From contig JANOAV010000047.1 of the NCBI GenBank assembly GCA_031411295.1, forward strand, positions 1 through 23,220: a DNA stretch of 23,220 bases, given 5' to 3'. This DNA is from Verrucomicrobiales bacterium (GTDB lineage Bacteria > Verrucomicrobiota > Verrucomicrobiia > Verrucomicrobiales > V1-33). Position 1 is the first letter of the stretch. Each line of letters opens with the position of its first letter. Below, piece by piece: positions 16,558-23,220 of this stretch. The notes beneath the pieces were generated by a model, which was not told where the DNA came from, did not search any database, and saw only the letters and a list, made by a program, of their open reading frames with translations. The position numbers were made by a program, and so were the translations under genes.

Positions 16558-17958
16558 ATGAATGGGGACGAACTCGATACCCATCAAAAAGCCCTGCGCA
16601 TTAATTTGGATCCGCGTTGGTATGGCACCTTGGCGGAGATTGGAGCAGGGCAGGAGGTGGTGCGCTGGTTCTTCCGGGTGGGGGCTGCGGCGGGAACCGT
16701 GGCCAAGAGCATTTCGGCTTATGATATGACCGTGAGCGATGCCATTTACGGATCCGGGGAACGCTACGTTTCCCGTTCCAGGTTGCAGGCGATGCTGGAT
16801 TTGGAATTTAATCTTAACGTCCAGCGCCTGGGCGACAAGCGGGGCGATACCACGGCCTTTTTTGCGTTCGCGGATACGGTAGTGGCCCGCAGTTTCAAAG
16901 GCGGGAACGAATGCCACGGTTGGATGGGCGTGAAATTTCAATCGCGCCCGCGGGACGAACCCAGTCAGATTCTGATTCACGTGCGCATGCTGGATACCGA
17001 GGCCTCGTTGCAGCAGGAAGCCTTGGGCGTCGTGGGGGTGAACTTGCTCTATGGCGCGTTCTTTCTTCATCATGAACCGGAGCACTTGGTGGAAAGTCTG
17101 TTGGATAAGCTGTCCACGGGCCGGATTGAGATCGATGTGATTGAATTCAAGGGCATTGAATTCCGAGCGGTGGATAATCGACTGATCAGTCTGAAACTGG
17201 TGCAGCTGGGACTGAGCGGAGTCGCCATGCTGGGGCCGAATCACGAGGTGCTACAGCCATCCGAAGCCCTCTATAAGAAGGCGGTGCTGGTGGAGCGGGG
17301 CAGCTTCCGTCCGCCCACCAAGGTGAATCTGGACATGCTACAGTGCGCCTTGGATAAGTTCAAAGCGGATCCCGCCGTAGCGGGCAAAGAGGTATTGCCA
17401 GTCTTCGAGTTGACAATGCGGAACCTGCTCGCAGGCGGCAAGGAAATCGACCGGCGGGATTTCCTGGCGCGCGCCGATTTGTTGGCCACGTGTGGGATGA
17501 CGGTGCTAATCTCGGACTATTTTGAATACTATCGCTTGGCGGCCTACTTGGCCTGGCGCACGAAGGAGCGCATTGGCATTGTGCTTGGTGTGCCCAGCCT
17601 CATTGAACTATTCGATGAGAAATACTACACGGCACTGCCGGGTGGGATTCTGGAATCCTTTGGCCGGCTTTTCAAAAATGACCTCAAGCTCTACGTCTAT
17701 CCTTTGCAGGAAAATGACACTCTCCACACGGTGGACAACTTGGCGGTAGCACCGGAGTTGCGCAAATTATATGGTTATCTGGCCGACCGCGGGAGCTTTG
17801 TGGCGCTGGATAATTTCAAGCCGGAATACCTCAGCATTTTCTCGCGGGATGTGCTTAAGAAGATCGCTGCGGGCGACTCGGCCTGGCAGGAAATGGTGCC
17901 CATTGGGGTGGCGGAATTAATCAAACAGCGCGGATTTTTTGGCTGCCGTGGTTGCTAA
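16558..17958 (+). CDS. Nucleotidyltransferase-like fusion: N-terminal CinA/PncC-like domain + C-terminal NadD-like domain
   Basis: N-terminal YGTLAEIGAGQEVVRWFFRVGAAAGTVAKSISAYD resembles the CinA AES.TGG...PGSS...Y pattern. C-terminal GSFRPPTKVN, IVLG..SLIEL and IFSRDVLKKIAAG...VP..VAELIKQRGFF resemble NadD GSFNPPHxGH, IIGAD and ISST.IR...VP..V..YI....LY. Confidence 0.75.
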   Translation: MNGDELDTHQKALRINLDPRWYGTLAEIGAGQEVVRWFFRVGAAAGTVAKSISAYDMTVSDAIYGSGERYVSRSRLQAMLDLEFNLNVQRLGDKRGDTTAFFAFADTVVARSFKGGNECHGWMGVKFQSRPRDEPSQILIHVRMLDTEASLQQEALGVVGVNLLYGAFFLHHEPEHLVESLLDKLSTGRIEIDVIEFKGIEFRAVDNRLISLKLVQLGLSGVAMLGPNHEVLQPSEALYKKAVLVERGSFRPPTKVNLDMLQCALDKFKADPAVAGKEVLPVFELTMRNLLAGGKEIDRRDFLARADLLATCGMTVLISDYFEYYRLAAYLAWRTKERIGIVLGVPSLIELFDEKYYTALPGGILESFGRLFKNDLKLYVYPLQENDTLHTVDNLAVAPELRKLYGYLADRGSFVALDNFKPEYLSIFSRDVLKKIAAGDSAWQEMVPIGVAELIKQRGFFGCRGC

Positions 17959-17963
17959 AGCAA

Positions 17964-18015
17964 GTAGTCCCGGAGCTTTAGCCCGCCGAAACCGCCCCGT
18001 GAATCAGACGTCTGA
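17964..18015. repeat. Degenerate GTAG REP-like element plus a 12-bp palindrome
   Basis: GTAGTCCCGGAGCTTTAGCCCG starts 5 bp after the stop at 17958. TCAGACGTCTGA (18004-18015) is a perfect palindrome. Confidence 0.35.
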
Positions 18016-18146
18016 ATCTGCCTGGCACATGCCTGCGGAACTACCTTCCGGGGGACGTTAAAGCGTGTTTTACGGAAGATGTGGCTTGGAATGCTTGCGG
18101 TAGAATCTGAACCCCGGCTGGATTTCACCAGCCACTAGCATTTATC

Positions 18147-18818
18147 ATGATCTCAATTCCCTTGTCCATTTTCCGTTGTGCCCCGGTCCGTCCCTGCTTG
18201 TGGATCGGTGGGGTCGCGTTCACTTTACTAACCTCAGCTTGTCACCAATCTGAAACCAGCGCGGTGCCTCCTGCCGCCGCTCCGGCAGTAGTTCCTGCGG
18301 CACAAGTGACCCCGGCGTCCCCAGTGACCCAAGTGGTCGAGGCTGCTCCCAAGCCGCCGATCCCGAGCGAGGAGGAATTGAAGCAGAAATTGACTCCTGA
18401 GCAATACTCCGTGACGCGCGAGAACGGGACGGAGCGTCCGTTTACCAATGAGTTCTGGCAGCATCGGGAGGAAGGGATTTATGTGGATATCGTTTCTGGA
18501 GAGCCGTTGTTTTCTTCCCAGGATAAATTTGATTCTGAGTGCGGTTGGCCCGCCTTTAGCAAGCCCATCAATGCCGCTGAAGTGAAGCAGTTGGCGGACA
18601 GCACGCACGGCATGACGCGCATCGAAGTGCGCTCCCAGCGGGCGAACTCCCACCTGGGCCATGTCTTCGATGATGGTCCACCAGACAAAGGCGGGCTGCG
18701 TTATTGTATCAACTCCGCGTCCCTGCGCTTCGTGCCCAAGGCGCAAATGGAAGCGGCTGGGTATGGCGCGCTGCTCAAGCAGTTCGAGCCTGCGGCCCCG
18801 GCAAAGCCCGCGCCATGA
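18147..18818 (+). CDS. msrB: Peptide methionine (R)-sulfoxide reductase MsrB, predicted exported lipoprotein
   Basis: [59 protein letters not shown]-terminal hydrophobic stretch with lipobox LTSAC, then an Ala/Pro linker. Confidence 0.95.
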   Translation: MISIPLSIFRCAPVRPCLWIGGVAFTLLTSACHQSETSAVPPAAAPAVVPAAQVTPASPVTQVVEAAPKPPIPSEEELKQKLTPEQYSVTRENGTERPFTNEFWQHREEGIYVDIVSGEPLFSSQDKFDSECGWPAFSKPINAAEVKQLADSTHGMTRIEVRSQRANSHLGHVFDDGPPDKGGLRYCINSASLRFVPKAQMEAAGYGALLKQFEPAAPAKPAP

Positions 18819-19504
18819 GTTGGTGGCCATTAGATGCTCCGGCCCTCGCGCAGCGCGCTCAAGGAATGCCAGTGCCGTCGCGTGGGGCCTTCATCTGCCG
18901 GGGCATGCTGGGGTTCACGCTGGTTAGCATTGCGGGATTTATCCCGTGGGCGGTGTTCGGTAAATGGTTCCGCGGTCATGGGGGCGAGATCCTGATGTAT
19001 GTGGTATGTGCGATGGTTTTCCTACTATTGAGTGGGTTAATGTTGCATCGGCTGATCCTTGGCTCCGGTTCGCGAGTGCGGTTCTATAAACTTTTCACGG
19101 TGGCTTTCACCGCCTATGCCGTGGCGTGGATCGTCGGTTGGATCAGCCTGCGGGGCCATGTGGGGAGCTTCGTCGGCCTGCTGGCGGGCACGGGGATCAT
19201 GGGCTGGATCATCAGCGCAGCCTTTGGTGCACCCGCACAGCGTTGGAAAATCATCGCAGCACTCTTTCTCTGCAATGCGGTTGGATACTTCCTCGGAGGA
19301 GTCATCGAAGGAGCTGTGGTGGACCTTTGCGAGTGCTCGGGTGGAATCTCACTAACCAAGCCAACGCAACTGCTCATTGCTAAATTGCAATGGGGCGTGT
19401 GCTACGGCCTGGGGCTCGGGGCCGGCCTGGGGTTGGCGTTTTATTGGTCGCAGCAAGAGGCGCGGCAGACCCTTGGTGCTATGGGGCAGGAGCGAGTAAG
19501 CTAG
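18815..19504 (+). CDS. Hypothetical integral membrane protein (~6 TM)
   Basis: ATGA overlap with the msrB stop; Gly-rich hydrophobic helices. Confidence 0.75.
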   Translation: MSWWPLDAPALAQRAQGMPVPSRGAFICRGMLGFTLVSIAGFIPWAVFGKWFRGHGGEILMYVVCAMVFLLLSGLMLHRLILGSGSRVRFYKLFTVAFTAYAVAWIVGWISLRGHVGSFVGLLAGTGIMGWIISAAFGAPAQRWKIIAALFLCNAVGYFLGGVIEGAVVDLCECSGGISLTKPTQLLIAKLQWGVCYGLGLGAGLGLAFYWSQQEARQTLGAMGQERVS

Positions 19505-20930
19505 CAAGCGACGCGGAGGTCGGAATCGTCACGCCCTTCAAATCAATCTCTGCCTTCTGAGGAAAGGACACCTTCGGCGGTAGGCTAGCGAACGTTACGC
19601 GCGAAGCTTTCAGATAGAGGGGCACTTCGATGGCCTGGGTGATTTCGTCGTCGCCTGAGGGTTTTTTGGGATCGTCCATTAGGGTGCAATTTTCAAAGAC
19701 GCAATCCCGCGTCAGCAGCAAAAAGGAGGTGGGCACTTTGCACTTTACGAAACGGCAGTTTGCCACCCTGAACGATGAGCTGTTCACCAGTGAGCCAGGT
19801 TGGAGTTTTCGGTAGTGCATGCTGGGAAGCGTGACCTCCTCGAAGACGCTGTTCTGCACCCGAAGGCCGTAGTCGTCTGTGTTGAGAGTGTGTGCGAAAT
19901 CACCTTTAATGAGGCAGCCGTCAAAATAGAACCGAGCCGCTGGAACTCCGCCGGACCACACGCCGCCTCTGATAAATTCACAATCAACGAACGCACAACT
20001 TTGAAAAAAGTATGCGCAAGCCAGATCGGCTGTGAGTTGCATCCGATCGAAGCGACTTTTGGAACTCACGAATTTTCCGGCCGACATATCGAGTGGAGCC
20101 TTTTCTGACCCGGTAAGGGTGCTGCCCGGTGCCAGGACAATGGTGACCCAAGCCTGCTTGCCTCGATCTCCGATGAGCGCCCGCTCCTTCATTTTGTATT
20201 TCCCTGCAGGGATAGTCAAACTAGTGAGCCAAGGCCCCTTAATGGCGAAGGGCTTGTCCACGACAGGAGGATTTTCGACCGGCATAGGGATCGGCTTCAG
20301 CGGCTTCAGCGTTGTCATCTCCGCAAGATTCTCAAAGGGATTGGCCGCCAGAGGTTGCTCGGTGGCAGTGCCACCTGCGATTTCTACACTGAGACGCTCC
20401 GCTTCCTTGCGCAGCGCGAGCGCTTCATCCACTTTCAATGCCTTTGTTAGTGCCTTTTCTGCTTCCTGGGCCTTTTTGGAAAATGCCGCCGCAGCTTTGA
20501 TACGGACAGCCTTGGTTTCTTCCTCTATCACAGCCAACCCCTTAAGATATTTTTCTCTCAATGCTACAATTTGCTTATCCTGGTGCGCAGTGGTGCTTCC
20601 GGTTTTATCGACTGATTCCCGTTCCTCACGCAAGCGGATGATCACATCTAACTCTCCATTGGCGGCCAGGGTTTTCTCGAGTGCATTGAGCGCAGTGACG
20701 TATTTTTTGGACATTTCGACTTTCTTGTTCACTGCGGCAGAAACCATCAGCGCAACTTCTTCGTTGGCAGCCTTGGCAGCCGAATGGAGCCCGTCCAATC
20801 CTTCTGCGCCGCTGAATGAGCCCCCCAGGAGCATGGCGCAACAAACAGTTACTACTGACAAACGTTGCACCGAAATTGAGTTAACTTGCGCGAAGAGCCA
20901 CGTTACGGTTGTTTTGAGAGTAGTTTTCAT
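19479..20930 (-). CDS. Secreted hypothetical protein: coiled-coil domain + probable right-handed beta-helix
   Basis: Signal-like segment, Lys/Glu/Ala helical region, Pro linker, then repeated xCxFxxC motifs (SCAFVDCEF, NCRFVKCKV, DCVFENCTL). Start uncertain; ATG 20930 preferred. Confidence 0.75.
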   Translation of the reverse strand: MKTTLKTTVTWLFAQVNSISVQRLSVVTVCCAMLLGGSFSGAEGLDGLHSAAKAANEEVALMVSAAVNKKVEMSKKYVTALNALEKTLAANGELDVIIRLREERESVDKTGSTTAHQDKQIVALREKYLKGLAVIEEETKAVRIKAAAAFSKKAQEAEKALTKALKVDEALALRKEAERLSVEIAGGTATEQPLAANPFENLAEMTTLKPLKPIPMPVENPPVVDKPFAIKGPWLTSLTIPAGKYKMKERALIGDRGKQAWVTIVLAPGSTLTGSEKAPLDMSAGKFVSSKSRFDRMQLTADLACAYFFQSCAFVDCEFIRGGVWSGGVPAARFYFDGCLIKGDFAHTLNTDDYGLRVQNSVFEEVTLPSMHYRKLQPGSLVNSSSFRVANCRFVKCKVPTSFLLLTRDCVFENCTLMDDPKKPSGDDEITQAIEVPLYLKASRVTFASLPPKVSFPQKAEIDLKGVTIPTSASLASLLAPAP

Positions 20931-21326
20931 ATGGGGTATGTGTGCAGCTTCGTTTAACGTAAGACAATTTGATATGTTGTCGAATTGTTTTGTGCCCGGG
21001 TGTGCGTTATGGCGTGGCTGGCTGCTCGTGGGCACCATTCCCGTAGGTATTCCGGATGCCCTAGCCGCGATCCCAGGGGTGGCCTCATAATCCCTCGTTG
21101 AGCGCATCTGGTTTAGGCATCTCGTGGACCAAGATGTCTCTGAAAAACATGAAGTGCAAAAGGATCGGGAGTTCGGTGAGAAATCCGCCAACGCCTAAGC
21201 CCCTCAGGGAGCATTGCCCGTCGGCAGGGTTAGTCCCCATAGCGGGATGTTCCGATCCCTCCTAACTTCCATCCATTATTTAAAATCTGAACCTCAGGCC
21301 CCTAATCTACTCCATCCACTCCATCT

Positions 21327-21863
21327 ATGAAACTCTCCCCAGCGTATCGATCCACCCTGTGCCCCACCCTGGCGCTGTTACTTGCGACCATGGCTCTGTG
21401 GCTTCCTACCGTTGTTGAAGCGAAGGACAAAGGCAGTAGCAAGCATGGAAATAGTAAAAATTCGAAGCATCAAAAGAGTAGCCATTCCAACGACGACGAT
21501 GATCACGACCATGACCGAAGGGTTTACGCTTCCGTCCCGCGGACATCCTTCTTCCTGTCCTGGGGAAATGGCTATGCGGGACGAGGGTATTATTATGGTC
21601 CACGGAACTCAACATACTATTATGAACGCCCAGAAGTAAAGTATTATTCCACCCGTGAGGCCGCGCCCAGAGAGTATTACCAGAGCAATCCATCGGGGGT
21701 GGCGGTCCAGCGCGCGCTGGCCCGGGCTGGTTACTACCAAGGGGCCATTGATGGGGAAATCGGCCCCCAATCAAGACGTGCCATCGCCCGCTATCAAAGC
21801 GATAACGGCTTGCGTTCCACAGGTCTCATCGATCAGAGTTTACTGAATTCCCTGGGGCTGTGA
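21327..21863 (+). CDS. Secreted peptidoglycan-binding domain protein
   Basis: Signal peptide ending VEA, K/S/H/D low-complexity tract, Tyr-rich segment, and C-terminal VQRALARAGYYQGAIDGEIGPQSRRAIARYQSDNGL..TG (PG_binding_1 pattern). Confidence 0.88.
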   Translation: MKLSPAYRSTLCPTLALLLATMALWLPTVVEAKDKGSSKHGNSKNSKHQKSSHSNDDDDHDHDRRVYASVPRTSFFLSWGNGYAGRGYYYGPRNSTYYYERPEVKYYSTREAAPREYYQSNPSGVAVQRALARAGYYQGAIDGEIGPQSRRAIARYQSDNGLRSTGLIDQSLLNSLGL

Positions 21864-23179
21864 AGAAGACATTGCTAGTGATATTTCGTTTTGGCTTCCG
21901 AAAGGATTGGTCCGTGGTGTGGCTATTATGCTGTGGACTCACGGCCTGTTCTCCCGCCCATCAACATCTCCCTGGATGCTCCCGGGACCACGCCTTTATT
22001 ACCTATTGGCCCCCGTCACCAGAGCACCCTGGGCTGAGGCTGGCAGTGAAGGACCTAATAGACATGAAAGGCGTGGTAACCACAGCAGGGTCTGAATACC
22101 TAGCACGCACTAGGCAGCCAGCCCAGCAGGATGCGACCTGCTTGGAACGCGCGCGCTCCAGCAATGTGCAATTTGTGGGGAAGACCAATCTCACGGAATT
22201 TGCGATTACCGTTTCCGGAAAAAATGATTACTTTGGCACTCCGCGCAATCGCTGGGATGGCAAACACGATGTTATTCCCGGGGGCTCCTCCAGTGGTTCT
22301 GCGGTGGCCGTGGCCACTGGTAGGGCAGACGTGGCCCTTGGCACCGACACGGGCGGCTCCATCCGAGTGCCTGCCGCGTGCTGCGGCATTTACGGATTAA
22401 AGACAACCTATGGTCTCGTGCCCACCAAAGGGGTTTTTCCCATTTCTCCCCAACATCTTGACACCATCGGCCCCATGGCCAAAGACATCCCGCACCTAGT
22501 TGATGGCATGGACCTGCTGCAGGAAGGATTCGCGCAACAATATTCCAAAGCAGTGGCCGATCAGCCGACTGGTCGAGACATCAAAATTGGGCGTTTGTAT
22601 CTCCCTGGCACAAACCCAGCGATTGATCAGGCCATCGACGAGACCCTGGCTGGCAAAGGATTCAGAGTGTTCGGTCTTTCAGAGGAATTCCAAGCACAGT
22701 GGATCCAGGCGGACAAGGATGGGGAGACCGTTGCTTTGGCGGATGCTTGGATAAACGACCAACAGTATGCCGACAAGAAGGGCGTCAGCACCATGACCAA
22801 GCTCGTGATCGGACAAGGGGAGCGGGAATATAAGGGTGGATACAGAGATGCACTCGCCAGGAAAAAGGCATGGCAGCGGAACCTTCGTTCCGTCTTCAAG
22901 CAGGTGGATTTCATCGCGGTAGCAACGCTGCAAAGCCTACCGCCCAAGTTTCCCTTCTGGGGTTCCTCAGCGGTCTTCGAGGCATTGGTCTTCGGCGCTC
23001 AGAACACCGTGGGAGTAAACCTAGCGGGAAATCCCGCTCTCGCCATACCCATTTTGATGCCCAGCCAAAATCGCTCTGGAACCACTTCGATGACCAGCCT
23101 TCAGTTTGTGGGGCGGCCCTTCAGTGAGGCCCAGCTTATTAATGCAGGTCGCATCATAGGAACTAAACACGCACATTAA
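21860..23179 (+). CDS. Amidase-signature family enzyme, predicted lipoprotein
   Basis: LAVKDLID (Lys), GKTNLTEFA, PGGSSSGSAVAVA, LGTDTGGSIRVPAACCGIYGLKTT (Ser-cisSer-Lys triad). Lipobox LTAC. GTGA overlap with the upstream gene. Confidence 0.92.
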   Translation: MKKTLLVIFRFGFRKDWSVVWLLCCGLTACSPAHQHLPGCSRDHAFITYWPPSPEHPGLRLAVKDLIDMKGVVTTAGSEYLARTRQPAQQDATCLERARSSNVQFVGKTNLTEFAITVSGKNDYFGTPRNRWDGKHDVIPGGSSSGSAVAVATGRADVALGTDTGGSIRVPAACCGIYGLKTTYGLVPTKGVFPISPQHLDTIGPMAKDIPHLVDGMDLLQEGFAQQYSKAVADQPTGRDIKIGRLYLPGTNPAIDQAIDETLAGKGFRVFGLSEEFQAQWIQADKDGETVALADAWINDQQYADKKGVSTMTKLVIGQGEREYKGGYRDALARKKAWQRNLRSVFKQVDFIAVATLQSLPPKFPFWGSSAVFEALVFGAQNTVGVNLAGNPALAIPILMPSQNRSGTTSMTSLQFVGRPFSEAQLINAGRIIGTKHAH

Positions 23180-23197
23180 ATTAGGAAATCAGCGCAT

Positions 23198-23220
23198 ATG
23201 AAACCCACGCACCGCATACA
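23198..23220 (+). CDS. Possible start of the next gene (truncated by the window edge)
   Basis: ATG AAA CCC ACG CAC CGC ATA begins 18 bp after the amidase stop, preceded by AGGAAA. Confidence 0.3.

Noticed and set aside
2289..17244. Numerous 150-260 aa antisense ORFs (e.g. 2289-2954, 5225-6013, 7022-7696, 11582-12307, 16510-17244)
   Set aside because: They lie opposite well-supported genes and are typical shadow ORFs in GC-rich coding DNA.
16558..17958. TonB-dependent receptor (a label I recall for similar proteins)
   Set aside because: No signal peptide, no beta-barrel pattern and too short; the motifs point to cytoplasmic alpha/beta domains.
18023..18036. Sigma54-like TGGCACA...TGC upstream of msrB
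   Set aside because: Spacing is GG-N9-GC, one base short of the strict requirement.
20032..21090. 352-aa plus-strand ORF
   Set aside because: Antisense shadow of the 19479-20930 gene, Ser/Ala-rich with no motifs.
20995..21326. Possible ncRNA or tRNA in the intergenic region
   Set aside because: No cloverleaf, T-loop or recognisable riboswitch; only short weak hairpins. An Rfam scan would settle it.

Overview
A GC-rich bacterial chromosomal window, most likely from Verrucomicrobiota (inferred from PVC-type hypothetical proteins, starts lacking Shine-Dalgarno sequences and REP-like hairpins). It holds about 19 genes, in order: a cytoplasmic FN3-domain protein with an 11 x 21-bp tandem array upstream and REP-like hairpins on both sides; an orphan PilT ATPase; a PerR/Fur-sufC pair without sufB/sufD; a System II cytochrome c maturation operon (lipoprotein, ResB-like, large CcsA); a Coa1-like protein; a TolC-family protein with a ~130-aa insertion; a TatD/EboB-like hydrolase with a small partner; a polysaccharide deacetylase lipoprotein; RtcR; a CinA/PncC-like + NadD-like fusion; an exported MsrB; a membrane protein; a secreted coiled-coil/beta-helix protein; a peptidoglycan-binding protein; and an amidase lipoprotein. 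Two observations stand out. (1) A full-length RtcR sits divergent from a near-consensus sigma54 promoter that points into the CinA/NadD-like fusion rather than rtcBA, a candidate RNA-damage response acting through nucleotide/NAD metabolism. (2) The FN3 gene and its 21-bp palindromic array may form a module. No rRNA, tRNA, CRISPR array or transposase was recognised. All family calls come from motif recognition by eye; no database searches were run.
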